Part shown: one piece after another, positions 45,368 to 55,214 of the stretch
Layout of the letters: each line of letters starts with the position of its first letter
Numbering within the stretch: the first letter of the stretch is position 1
Notes under the pieces: generated by a model
What the model saw: the letters and a program-made list of their open reading frames with translations, nothing else
Databases searched by the model: none
What the model was told of the DNA's origin: nothing
Source of the DNA: Candidatus Latescibacterota bacterium
Lineage (GTDB): Bacteria; Latescibacterota; UBA2968; GCA-2709665
Direction: 5' to 3'
Length of the DNA: 64,000 nucleotides
Assembly: GCA_963667175.2 (NCBI GenBank)
Contig: CAXXXF010000016.1
Span: 320,001 to 384,000 of the forward strand
Program-made: the position numbers and the translations under genes

Positions 45368-46762
45368 TCAGGCGTGTGCGTGAACCTGATCGTGTCCGGC
45401 GCGAACCGCCCCGGCGAGCGCTTCGTCCATCATCGACTGTCTCTCATCAGGAATCGTCCAGCGCCGCTGAATATCGGGTGACAGACAGTCGATGGGATCG
45501 AAATAGAGAAAGTGCTTACCGGGCCGCACCACAGGGCTTGCAAACACCGCGACTCCTGTTTCTTCGTTATAATATTCGAAGGAATGACCGTCTCGCTTTC
45601 CGCCGCCGCCGAGTGTGTCCACGATGAAGGTCGGCGTGTTGAACCCGGCCGTGGCGCCGCGCAGGCTCTTTTCGAGTTCGAGACCGGCTCGCAGCGTGGT
45701 TCTGAGATCCTCAACCCCCTGCACCAGATCGTGGAAGAATACATAGTACGGCTGGACGTTGAGGAAGCTCAATTGCTTCACCAGATGCTTCATCGTCTGC
45801 GCGCTGTCGTTCACGCCTCGCTGTAGAACGGCCTGATTACGAACCTTGACACCCCGTTCCATCAGCAGGTTCATCGCATCCTGCGTGATTCCGGTTATTT
45901 CGTTGGGATGGTTGAAGTGGGTATGCAATACCACGTCCTTGTGCAAGCTGCGGCCCCGCTCGACGACCCCCACCAGCGCATCCACCCAATCTACGTCGCT
46001 CAGGATCTTCCCGGGCATGACCGCAGGCCCCTTGGTCGCAAAACGAAACCGCCGAATATGCGGGATGTCCAGCAGGGAAAAGCCCACCTCTCTGATCTGT
46101 GCCGCCCTGAGGTTGTAGACGTCGCCGCCGCTCACCACCACGTCTTCAACTTCGGGGCGCGATCTCAAGTAATCGAACACCTGACTCCAGCGTCTCCTGT
46201 TTGCGCTCAGGCGCACCTTTTCCACGCCATCCGTATCGAGCCCCACGGCGTAACTGCGGGTACAGAAGCGGCAGTAGACCGGACAGGTATCCAGCGTAAG
46301 AAAAAGCGCCCTGTCCGGATACCGGTGGGTCAGTCCGGGAACGGGAGAATCGCCCTGCTCGTTCAGTGAATCCAGGTGGAGTTCCGGGTGGTCCGGCAAC
46401 TGTTGCGAGGCCAATGGCAGGAACTGGGTCCGTAGCGGATCTCCGTACGGATCGTCCCAGTTGATCAGACTCAGGATATAAGGCGAGATCCGTATGCTCA
46501 TCGGGGCCCGGCGCAACCCTTCGCGCAGGTCGTCGTAGAAGCCCGGCCCGGCGAGTCCGCCCATGACTTCCTGCAGACTCTCCACACTCGTCGGGGAATT
46601 GCGGGACTGGAAGACGTGGGAGTGGAAGGTTTCCGCGTTCACATTCTCGAACGCCGGAATCGTCTTCCAGAATGCATCCCGTCGGAACCGGCGATGCAAA
46701 TGGGCTTCCTCCTGTACGGCTGCGATAGCGCCGTCGATGACATCGACGCCTGCGGCTTTCAT
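45368..46762 (-). CDS. KamA-family radical SAM protein (lysine 2,3-aminomutase-like)
   Basis: THRYPDR, CPVYCRFCTR, VVVSGGD, HFNHPNE, NQAVL, QPYY, GGGGK (PLP lysine); alternative TTG start at 46795. Confidence 0.88.
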   Translation of the reverse strand: MKAAGVDVIDGAIAAVQEEAHLHRRFRRDAFWKTIPAFENVNAETFHSHVFQSRNSPTSVESLQEVMGGLAGPGFYDDLREGLRRAPMSIRISPYILSLINWDDPYGDPLRTQFLPLASQQLPDHPELHLDSLNEQGDSPVPGLTHRYPDRALFLTLDTCPVYCRFCTRSYAVGLDTDGVEKVRLSANRRRWSQVFDYLRSRPEVEDVVVSGGDVYNLRAAQIREVGFSLLDIPHIRRFRFATKGPAVMPGKILSDVDWVDALVGVVERGRSLHKDVVLHTHFNHPNEITGITQDAMNLLMERGVKVRNQAVLQRGVNDSAQTMKHLVKQLSFLNVQPYYVFFHDLVQGVEDLRTTLRAGLELEKSLRGATAGFNTPTFIVDTLGGGGKRDGHSFEYYNEETGVAVFASPVVRPGKHFLYFDPIDCLSPDIQRRWTIPDERQSMMDEALAGAVRAGHDQVHAHA

Positions 46763-46941
46763 GTCTTCTAGATCCCTCCCGATGTGATGATTCAACGTTC
46801 ACACCGGACCTGCGGTTTCTTCTTCGGCGACGTCGCGACACACTCAGGCGACAGTCGTCGCCCGATCGCCCTTCAAAGCAACTCTGACCTGCGGACGTCG
46901 TTCCGCGAGGGACGCGCATCGCGAGGCATACGAAGCATCAT

Positions 46942-46969
46942 ATGATATCATACTCGCGAAAATTGTCAA
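46942..46969 (-). promoter_or_regulatory. Putative sigma70 promoter for the KamA-like gene, with a palindrome over the -10
   Basis: Minus strand TTGACA-16 nt-TATCAT; perfect palindrome TATGATATCATA at 46941-46952. Confidence 0.6.
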
Positions 46970-47088
46970 GGCTTTTCCGGAGTCGGCCCGGTTTTCCGGG
47001 AGAATCCGCTTGTTCGGATCATTTATCTTGCTTATATTTCGCAAGTTAGAGAAAGTCTCCACCTGAACGACGAGACAACTCCAAAACC

Positions 47089-49851
47089 ATGTCAAAACGT
47101 GCGCTCAAGTTTGTATTTGCCGCGGTCGGCTTGCTTCTGGGATACACGGGCCTTCGGCTGATCGTCTTCTTTTACACCGACTGGCTCTGGTTTCAAAATC
47201 TCGGCTACGGATCCGTTCTCGTCACCACAGCCCTCGCCCGCCTCGTCGCCTTTTGCGCCTTCGGCGCCGCCTTCGCCGCGACCGCGGGCGTCAATGTCTT
47301 TGTTGCGCACAGGTATGGCCGGCACACCCGCGAAACGCCGCTCGAGGTCATCGTGGCCGACGCCGAACCCGTGCTGCCCGAACGACGCAAGCGCCAGTTT
47401 CTCCTGTGGTCCGGCGCCATCGCGCTGCTGGCCTGTGCGACCGGCCTGATCGGCGCCTCGGCCTGGGCGCCGCTGCTGCGTTTCTTTCATCCCACCCCGT
47501 TCGGACTCACCGACCCTGTCTTCAACAACGACCTCGGCTTTTACTTCTTCAGCCTTCCCGCTTACAACTTCGTGCAGGGGTGGCTGGCATTCGCCGTAAT
47601 CCTCACCGTCATTCTCGTCTGCTTCACCTATCACCGGGACCGTGCCCTGCGCAGAGAGAGACGAGGCTGGTCATCCACTCCCCACGTCCGCGCCCATCTC
47701 TCCGTACTTGCGGCGGTTCTCTCCCTGATCGGCGCCTGGTGGTACTGGCTAAAGGAATACGAGATCCTCTATTCCTTCCGCAAAGACGCCTTTTTCGGCG
47801 CCGGATATACCGACGTCCACGTTCAGGTTTTCGCCTACCGGCTCATGTTGGTCCTCTCCATCCTTCTCGGCGCTTTGCTGGTATACAACGTCCGCGCCCG
47901 GAAGTGGTGGCCGATCGCTTATGGCGGCGGCGGCTATTTTTCGGCAATTCTTCTGCTCAGCTGGATTTTTCCGATTCTATTCGATCAGTTCGTGGTCAAG
48001 CCCGACGAATTACGGCTTGAAGAACCCTACATTCGAAGGACCATCGAACACACGCAGCGGGCGTACGGCCTGGATCGAATTGAGGAAGTTCCGTTTCCGG
48101 CGGAATCCGATCTGGACGTCGAGGATATCCGGAACAATCTGCCCACCATCAGGAGCATTCCGCTTTGGGACCGCCGACCTCTGATCGCAACCTACAGCCA
48201 GCTGCAGGAAATTCGGTCTTATTACCGCTTCGGCAGCATCGACGTAGACCGGTATTCGATCAACGGCGATTACAAGCAGGTGATGGTGGCCGCCCGCGAA
48301 TTCTCGCGGGAACAGTTGGCCACTCAGGGGGAAACCTGGGTCAACCGCCACCTGGTCTACACCCACGGGTACGGCTTCTGCATGAGCCCCGCCAACGAAG
48401 TTGGCGAGGAGGGTCTGCCGGAATTTTACGTTAAAGATATTCCGCCCATCGCGTCGGTGGACATCCGCGTGGATCGCCCGGAGATCTATTATGGCGAAGC
48501 CATGCAGGACTACGTGATTGTCAACACCAGAACGGAGGAATTCGACTACCCCCGAGGCGACGAAAACGCCTACACCACCTACCGCGGTACAGGCGGGGTA
48601 CCGGTCAACTCGTTCTGGCGGCGGCTCCTGTTCGCCCTGCGGTTCGGTGATCCGTATCTACTGGTCACGCAGAACCTGAAACCCGAAAGCAGAATACAAT
48701 TCGACCGGCACATCGGTCGTCGTTTTCGGGACGAGGGCCCCAGGCGGTTCCAGAAACTCGCGCCGTATCTCCGCTTCGACAAAGACCCATACATGGTCGC
48801 GGTGAACGGAAGGCTCACGTGGATACAGGACGCCTACACCGAAAGCAACATGTATCCTTACGCGGAACCTTACGGCAGGCCCTACGTACGCGAAGCCAAC
48901 TACATCCGCAACGCCGTCAAGGCCACGCTCGATGCCTACGACGGGACGGTCACGTTCTACGTGTGGGATCCGGACGACCCGCTCATTCGATCCTACATGA
49001 AAATCTTCCCGGATCTCTTTCGGCCGAAGGAAGACATGCCGGAGGTGCTGCGCGCCCACGTCCGTTACCCTGCAGACCTCTTTGAGATCCAGTCGTCGCT
49101 CTACAACACGTACCATATGGCCTCACCCCAGGTCTTCTACAATCGCGAGGACGTCTGGGAACCGGCCATGGAAATTTACGGGGTTTCGGAACGCCCGCGG
49201 GTCATGGCGCCATATTACATCATCGTTAAACTGCCGGACGCCGTACGGGAGGAGTTCGTCTTGATGCTGCCGGCCACACCGGCGGGAAAGGCCAACATGA
49301 TCGCCTGGCTTCTCGCCCGATGCGACGGTCCCAACTATGGCCGGCTTATGGTCTACAAGCTGCCCAAGAAAAAACTCATCTACGGGCCGATGTTGATCGA
49401 ACGCCGAATCGATCAGGATACGGATGTGTCGCGGGAGATCACACTATGGAGCCAGAGGGGTTCCGACGTGCTTCGCGGCAACCTGCTCGTCGTTCCCATC
49501 GAAAACGGCTTCATATACGTTGAACCTCTCTATTTGAGGGCCACCCAGAGCGGCATGCCCGAGCTGAAACGGGTTCTCGTTGCGCACGGCGACAGACTTG
49601 CGATGGCCGAAGACCTTGAACAGGCATTGGGTCGAGCCTTCGAAACGCGCGAAGCCGATCCGGTATTCCGACACCGACCCGCGAGGGAATCAACGGGGTT
49701 TCGTATCCTGACCCAAGCCGCCCTGGCGCAGTTCGACACGGCGCAATCCCGCCTGCGGACGGGTGATTTCGCGGGGTACGGAGAAGCGGTACAAAGCCTG
49801 CGAAAGACACTTCAGCAGTTGCGTGACGAGGCGGACGCAGCGGAAGAATGA
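47089..49851 (+). CDS. UPF0182 family membrane protein
   Basis: YTDWLWF..LGY, DPVF..DLGFYFF.LP, GAGYTDV, DVDRY, WVNRHLVYTHGYG, NYIRNAVKA. Confidence 0.93.
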   Translation: MSKRALKFVFAAVGLLLGYTGLRLIVFFYTDWLWFQNLGYGSVLVTTALARLVAFCAFGAAFAATAGVNVFVAHRYGRHTRETPLEVIVADAEPVLPERRKRQFLLWSGAIALLACATGLIGASAWAPLLRFFHPTPFGLTDPVFNNDLGFYFFSLPAYNFVQGWLAFAVILTVILVCFTYHRDRALRRERRGWSSTPHVRAHLSVLAAVLSLIGAWWYWLKEYEILYSFRKDAFFGAGYTDVHVQVFAYRLMLVLSILLGALLVYNVRARKWWPIAYGGGGYFSAILLLSWIFPILFDQFVVKPDELRLEEPYIRRTIEHTQRAYGLDRIEEVPFPAESDLDVEDIRNNLPTIRSIPLWDRRPLIATYSQLQEIRSYYRFGSIDVDRYSINGDYKQVMVAAREFSREQLATQGETWVNRHLVYTHGYGFCMSPANEVGEEGLPEFYVKDIPPIASVDIRVDRPEIYYGEAMQDYVIVNTRTEEFDYPRGDENAYTTYRGTGGVPVNSFWRRLLFALRFGDPYLLVTQNLKPESRIQFDRHIGRRFRDEGPRRFQKLAPYLRFDKDPYMVAVNGRLTWIQDAYTESNMYPYAEPYGRPYVREANYIRNAVKATLDAYDGTVTFYVWDPDDPLIRSYMKIFPDLFRPKEDMPEVLRAHVRYPADLFEIQSSLYNTYHMASPQVFYNREDVWEPAMEIYGVSERPRVMAPYYIIVKLPDAVREEFVLMLPATPAGKANMIAWLLARCDGPNYGRLMVYKLPKKKLIYGPMLIERRIDQDTDVSREITLWSQRGSDVLRGNLLVVPIENGFIYVEPLYLRATQSGMPELKRVLVAHGDRLAMAEDLEQALGRAFETREADPVFRHRPARESTGFRILTQAALAQFDTAQSRLRTGDFAGYGEAVQSLRKTLQQLRDEADAAEE

Positions 49852-49863
49852 GGGGACGGTTAC

Positions 49864-50769
49864 GTGAACACATCAAAATGGGCGTTGCTGTCAACAGAAC
49901 AACGAAATCCCGCCAGCGCGCACATCGACGAGGCGTCAACGCTCCGGATTCTCGAGCTTCTCAACCAGGAAGACCGCAAGGTCCCGCGGGCCGTGAATGC
50001 CGTTCTGCCGCAGGTCGCGGAGGCCGTCGACCTCGTGGCGGGCGCGTTGAGGAGCGGCGGCCGGCTCTTCTACGCGGGCGCCGGGACGAGCGGGCGCCTG
50101 GGTGTCCTGGACGCTGCGGAGTGCCCGCCCACGTTCGGGACCGCTCCTGAAACGGTACAGGGCATTATCGCGGGGGGCGAAGGCGCGCTGCTGTGCGCGG
50201 CCGAACGCGCCGAGGACCGTCCGGAAGACGGCGCGACAGAGCTCCGGCGCCGGCGCCTGTCGGCGCGGGACATCGTGATGGGTATCGCTGCCAGCGGTGT
50301 GACGCCGTTCGTCCTCGGAGCTCTCGCTTACGCCCGCCGCACGGGCGCATCCACCGTCTTTTTCACTTGCAACCGGCAAGCGGCGGAGCGGGTCGACGCG
50401 GACATCAGGATCGTGCCCCACGTCGGCCCGGAAGCCATCACCGGTTCCACGCGCCTGAAGGCCGGCACCGCGACCAAACTCGTATTGAACATGATCACGA
50501 CGGCGGCCATGGTCAGGCTGGGCAAGGTGTACGGCAATCTGATGGTGGACCTGACGCCCACGTGCGAAAAACTCAACGACCGCGCCCGGCGAATCCTGAT
50601 GGAAACGACAGGACGCTCACGCGACGACTGCGGCCGGATGCTCGCCGAGGCAGGCGACCTCAAGACGGCCATCGTGATGTCAAAACGGGCCGTCTCGATG
50701 GAGACGGCCCGTCAGTTGCTCGTGAAGAACGATGGCGTCGTCAGGCTGGCGCTGGCAGACAGACTCTGA
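49864..50769 (+). CDS. murQ: N-acetylmuramic acid 6-phosphate etherase
   Basis: TEQRNP, GAGTSGRLGVLDAAECPPTF, GPEAITGSTRLKAGTATKLVLNM, GNLMVD. Confidence 0.96.
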   Translation: MNTSKWALLSTEQRNPASAHIDEASTLRILELLNQEDRKVPRAVNAVLPQVAEAVDLVAGALRSGGRLFYAGAGTSGRLGVLDAAECPPTFGTAPETVQGIIAGGEGALLCAAERAEDRPEDGATELRRRRLSARDIVMGIAASGVTPFVLGALAYARRTGASTVFFTCNRQAAERVDADIRIVPHVGPEAITGSTRLKAGTATKLVLNMITTAAMVRLGKVYGNLMVDLTPTCEKLNDRARRILMETTGRSRDDCGRMLAEAGDLKTAIVMSKRAVSMETARQLLVKNDGVVRLALADRL

Positions 50770-50773
50770 TCAG

Positions 50774-52321
50774 CTATTGCGCGCGCGCCGGTTTTTCTCC
50801 GAGGGCGCCGTAGAAGGCCTTGACCATCCGGTCCAGATGCACTTTCGCATCTTCCGCCGCGTCCCTTTCAATTGTATACTCGGACTTGCCCACGAGCTTC
50901 AGACCGTGACCGTAGTCGTCGAACAGTGACTGGCACAGCGCCTCGACTGACACGCCGTCGCGCGCGGCGGTCCCGGCCAGGGCGGACTTTGCAGCATCCG
51001 AAAACGTCAATGAAATTCCGTACGCATTCAGAAAATGCGCCGTGTACGACGATATATCCCGGTTCACCAACAACTTTTGCAGTTCAAGCGACGGATTTTT
51101 TACAACGCCGGCGGTAACGGAAAAGGAACGGATATCGGTTGAAGGAAGCGCTTTTTCGAATTTCAGCAGCGCCCGTTCACAAACACTCACCAGCGCTCTC
51201 GCCCCGGTCTGTTCGGTGGACGCCTGTTCCGCCAGTCGGCGCAGGGCGGCGTCGTCGAAGCTCAATTCAATATCGTAGGCCAGGAAGTCCCGCTTCTTTC
51301 CAAGAATGACCGAACTGGTCGGACTCTTAAGAATCTGATACAAATCCTCGACGGAAAGCGGTTCCAGCACGGCCACCACCGGCAGACGTCCGACGAATTC
51401 GGACTCGAAGCCGAACGCGATGAGGTCTTCGGTGATCGCCTGCTTCAGAAAGGATACGCGGTCCGCTTCATGGTTCTGCGACCGTTCCGTTTCGGCTTTG
51501 AATCCCAGGCTGTTTCGATTGAGACGGCTCTTGATCAGATCCTCGAATCCGTTGAACGCGCCGCTGACGATGAAGAGGATGTTTCGCGTGTTGATTTTCT
51601 TTCGCTCCATCTTTCCGCTTTGCTGGTATTGCATCATGGCTTCCATCTGTGAAGCCAGATCATGCGGCGCCTTGAGGTCCACCTCAGTCTCTTCCATCAG
51701 CTTGAGCAGGTTGCGCTGGACGCCGCTCCGGGAAACGTCCGGACCCACCAGATTGGGGGTTGAAGCGATCTTGTCGATCTCGTCCACGTAGATGATGCCG
51801 TACTGGGCCTTCTCAATGCTGCCGCCGGCCTCCCGTACCAGTTCGCGCACCAGGTCTTCGACGTCGCCGCCGACGTATCCGGTTTCACTGAACTTGGTTG
51901 CGTCGCCCTTCACAAAAGGAACGCCGATTCGATGGGCGATCAATTTGATGAGATAGGTCTTGCCCACGCCCGTCGGACCGATCAGCAGGATGTTGTTTTT
52001 GATGTTTCCGACGGAACGGTGTTCGAATTCGGGATCTTCGCGGTCGAGCTTCATCCGGTTGAAGTGGGTGCAGATCTTGGTAGCGAGCACTTCCTTCGCC
52101 TCGTCCTGTTTGATCACGTACTCATCCAGAAAGGCCTCGAGTTCCTCCGGCTTCAGATCGAAATCAATCGACTCATCCTGCGGTTCCGGCGTGCGCGGGC
52201 CTTCGCTGCTCCCCTCGGCCTCCGCCTGCGGAAACACAACCTGGGCGCCGTACTTCTGCTCGATAAGTTCCTTCAGGTCTTTCTGCAGTTCCTTGGGATC
52301 CACGGGTCGCTGCTCCGGCAT
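50774..52321 (-). CDS. ClpX-like AAA+ ATPase (no N-terminal Zn-binding domain, C-terminal extension)
   Basis: GPTGVGKT, DATKFSETGYVGGDVE, YVDEIDKI, DVSRSGVQRNLLK, LGF loop, EFVGRLP, TGARAL. Confidence 0.88.
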   Translation of the reverse strand: MPEQRPVDPKELQKDLKELIEQKYGAQVVFPQAEAEGSSEGPRTPEPQDESIDFDLKPEELEAFLDEYVIKQDEAKEVLATKICTHFNRMKLDREDPEFEHRSVGNIKNNILLIGPTGVGKTYLIKLIAHRIGVPFVKGDATKFSETGYVGGDVEDLVRELVREAGGSIEKAQYGIIYVDEIDKIASTPNLVGPDVSRSGVQRNLLKLMEETEVDLKAPHDLASQMEAMMQYQQSGKMERKKINTRNILFIVSGAFNGFEDLIKSRLNRNSLGFKAETERSQNHEADRVSFLKQAITEDLIAFGFESEFVGRLPVVAVLEPLSVEDLYQILKSPTSSVILGKKRDFLAYDIELSFDDAALRRLAEQASTEQTGARALVSVCERALLKFEKALPSTDIRSFSVTAGVVKNPSLELQKLLVNRDISSYTAHFLNAYGISLTFSDAAKSALAGTAARDGVSVEALCQSLFDDYGHGLKLVGKSEYTIERDAAEDAKVHLDRMVKAFYGALGEKPARAQ

Positions 52322-52472
52322 CGATCTTCATCTCCACGTGTGGGCCGCTTAAAAAGGCATCCGACTCACGGCAATGGCCGCCTGACAGTCCGTTGTAAAA
52401 GTCGCTCTGCAGGCGAGGTATGGTGTCCCGTCCCGGAAATAGTTCGCCGTAATTCGGTCACAAGGGCCGGAC

Positions 52473-52502
52473 GCCTGTCTGCGTGCGAACGCACAGGCAG
52501 GC
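52473..52502. repeat. Short imperfect palindromic element (REP-like hairpin)
   Basis: GCCTGTCTGCGTGCGAACGCACAGGCAGGC folds into a long hairpin. Confidence 0.5.
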
Positions 52503-52533
52503 AGCCCGGATGGACTTTATCAACGGGTTGCTA

Positions 52534-52562
52534 AGGATACCAGGTACCGTAAGGATTGTCAA
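52534..52562 (-). promoter_or_regulatory. Putative sigma70 promoter for the ClpX-like gene
   Basis: Minus strand TTGACA-17 nt-TATCCT. Confidence 0.65.
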
Positions 52563-52703
52563 GAAATTCAACCTTCATCCTTCCCTCAACCCTTGCCGAG
52601 TCCGGGCCTGTGTTCCGGTTCGCGATCCGGCCGCGTCCCCGGTCCGGCCGTCAGGTGAAGGCCGCAAGCGCGCATTACCGACCTCAAATTCGGATATTCG
52701 GGT

Positions 52704-54431
52704 ATGAACCTCAGCTACTTTACGCTTCGGCGCCTGCGTCACGAACTGAACGAGACCCTGCCGGGTAAACGCGTCATGCGCGCCGTCCTATCAGGCACGC
52801 ACGAGCTCGTTGTCGAAACAGACCACGAGATACACCTGCTGCTTTCCGCCTCGCCCGCGACAGGCCGCCTCCAGCGGGTGGACCGCCTTCCCGAGCCCGC
52901 GCACCCCACGCCGCCCTGGGTCGAACACCACCTTTGCAACAGTGAGATCCTGGAGATCGCGCAGCTTCCGCTGGAGCGCATCCTCTCATTCGATCTGCGA
53001 AAACGCGACCGTATGGGTGGAGAACGCAGATATCGCCTGTACGTGGAACTGATCCACCGGTACAACAACGTCATCCTGACTTCTGAACCGGACGCGCGAA
53101 TATTGGGCGCACTTCGGCACGTCGGCGGGAAGAGGGACCGCCAGCGGCGTATTCTGCCGGGCGAACCCTATCGTCCTCCGCCCTCTCAGGATCGGATCTC
53201 ACCTCACGATCTCACGCCGGCCGATCTCGACGGCGCGATCCGGGAGCGCCAGGATCAGCCCGCCCGGACCCTGGCATCGGCCGTTGCCGGACTGGACGTC
53301 TCCACGGCCGAATCGCTGATTGCGGAAGCGGGCATTGAACCGAACACGGAAATGAACACCGATACCGTCGAACATCTGGTAGGCCGTATACGTGGCCTGT
53401 TCGAAAGGCCGCCCTTTCTGAATCGACCGCAGATACTGCGCTTGAAAGGTCACCCGGCAACCATCCGAACGCTGCTTCTTCCCCGCTGGCCGGGCGAGGT
53501 GGAACACGTGTGCGCCTCCGTCAGCGAAGCGATCGAACGCCTCGCCGCGATGGCGGAAAACCGGCAGCACCACGACGCAGGCCGGAAAGAGACCGTCGTG
53601 GCGCTGAACCGACGACGCGCAACTCTCGAGAGAAAGGTCGCGCGCATCCGGGCCGATCTGGACGACGCCGGTAATGCCGACCGCTACAGAAAGTACGGCC
53701 ATATCCTTATGGCCGGGCTTCACAGGATCCGCCCCGGAGACGCATCCGTTACCCTGCCCGACGTGTACGATCCGGCCGGGCCTCCCGCGACCATTCCCCT
53801 CAAGGCCAACAAACTGCCGCACGAGAATGCGGCCGCGTACCTGAAACGGAGCCGCAAGGCGGAGAAGGCACGCCCCATCCTTGCGCGACGCCTGGAATCC
53901 GCACAGGCGGAACTTGCAAGCGTGGAAGGCTTCCTGAAGCGGATGAAACAAGCCGGCGATCGGGACGAGGTGATGACGATTCGAAACGAACTGGCGGCGT
54001 CCGGGTGGCTCACAGAGCGCAGGCAGAAACCGTCGGCAGGCAGAAACGCGTCTGCGGAAGCGCATCCCAGAAGGTACCTGACCTCGGACGGCTGGACAAT
54101 TCTGGTGGGGCGAAACAACGCCGAGAACGATCGACTTACGAAAGGATCTGCGAAAGACGACCTTTTTTTCCATGCCCAGGGATGCCCGGGCTCACACGTT
54201 ATCCTCAAGCGTGACGGACGGCGACAGAAGCCATCTGACGCTGCATTGAAGGAAGCCGCGAGCCTGGCGGCCTACTGGAGCAAAGCGCGGCATTCGCGGA
54301 CGGTACCGGTGAATTGCACGGAGGTCCGATACGTGAGAAAACCCCGAGGCGCCTCCCCGGGGCTCGTCACAATCCAAAACGAAGTCACGCTGTTTGTCGC
54401 CCCCCGTCAGCTCAAGCGTACCGAGACGTAG
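52704..54431 (+). CDS. rqcH: RqcH/Rqc2 (NFACT, FbpA-like) ribosome quality control protein
   Basis: NFACT-N (LERIL, VEL...NNVIL), coiled coil with ENAAAY.K..K, NFACT-R (ILVGRNN.END.LT, FHAQGCPGSHVIL, AAYWSKAR, KPRG..PG.V). Confidence 0.88.
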   Translation: MNLSYFTLRRLRHELNETLPGKRVMRAVLSGTHELVVETDHEIHLLLSASPATGRLQRVDRLPEPAHPTPPWVEHHLCNSEILEIAQLPLERILSFDLRKRDRMGGERRYRLYVELIHRYNNVILTSEPDARILGALRHVGGKRDRQRRILPGEPYRPPPSQDRISPHDLTPADLDGAIRERQDQPARTLASAVAGLDVSTAESLIAEAGIEPNTEMNTDTVEHLVGRIRGLFERPPFLNRPQILRLKGHPATIRTLLLPRWPGEVEHVCASVSEAIERLAAMAENRQHHDAGRKETVVALNRRRATLERKVARIRADLDDAGNADRYRKYGHILMAGLHRIRPGDASVTLPDVYDPAGPPATIPLKANKLPHENAAAYLKRSRKAEKARPILARRLESAQAELASVEGFLKRMKQAGDRDEVMTIRNELAASGWLTERRQKPSAGRNASAEAHPRRYLTSDGWTILVGRNNAENDRLTKGSAKDDLFFHAQGCPGSHVILKRDGRRQKPSDAALKEAASLAAYWSKARHSRTVPVNCTEVRYVRKPRGASPGLVTIQNEVTLFVAPRQLKRTET

Positions 54432-54449
54432 TGCCGTTCGCGAGGATTC

Positions 54450-55214
54450 CTACCAGACTTTCGTATAATATACCAGCCGGATCTGGCGATCGATTCCTTC
54501 CGACCGCTTGCCGTCTCGAAACAGATTCTTGACGTCCACTTCGAGATTCAGCCGCTCGGAGGGCATCCACCGTCCACCTACGTTCAATCTCCCTCTGCCC
54601 GAACCCAGCGAGTTGTCTTCGTTGTCATTGATCGCAAAGTCGTATTCCATCAATACGGCGAAAACGCGTTTCAGTTCGACGTCGGCGCCCACAAACCCCG
54701 AAATATCCCCATCTCCGTCTCCATCCTCGAGGCTACGATTCAATCCGGCGTGCAGTCCCATATCTCCTAGAGGAAATCCGTAGTTCTTGCTCGCCACCGC
54801 ATAGACGCCCTTGGACTTGACCGCATACCGTTTCAGTCCTTCGTCGTACTCCCCGTATCCCTGGGAGTGATACCCCATGGCAACAGCGGGAATCTTCATT
54901 TCCTCCTCGATCACCCGGACGCGTCCGGCCACCTCCAGGCGCGGATTCCACGCGGCCTCACGGCTGCCCACAAGATGCTGCCCCCCGAACGATACCCCGA
55001 TGCTGATCCGGTTGTGTGCGCCGATTTCGATCTGCGAGAGAATTCCGCTGTCGCCATACAATCGGAGATCCGCTGAAAGTCGGCCGGCCCGCAGCATGCC
55101 GGCAGTTGGCGCGTCCACCAGCCATCGGGGTACATTGCCCTGGGCATGCGCAGGAACGGAATACCCCCACCAGACGGCAATCAACAGCGACATCCACCCC
55201 GCGTGCCGTGTCAT
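54450..55214 (-). CDS. Secreted / outer-membrane beta-barrel-like protein (YjbH-like)
   Basis: Signal peptide ending AHA; LVDAPTAGML; alternating amphipathic beta-strands; aromatic C-terminus. Confidence 0.6.
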   Translation of the reverse strand: MTRHAGWMSLLIAVWWGYSVPAHAQGNVPRWLVDAPTAGMLRAGRLSADLRLYGDSGILSQIEIGAHNRISIGVSFGGQHLVGSREAAWNPRLEVAGRVRVIEEEMKIPAVAMGYHSQGYGEYDEGLKRYAVKSKGVYAVASKNYGFPLGDMGLHAGLNRSLEDGDGDGDISGFVGADVELKRVFAVLMEYDFAINDNEDNSLGSGRGRLNVGGRWMPSERLNLEVDVKNLFRDGKRSEGIDRQIRLVYYTKVW

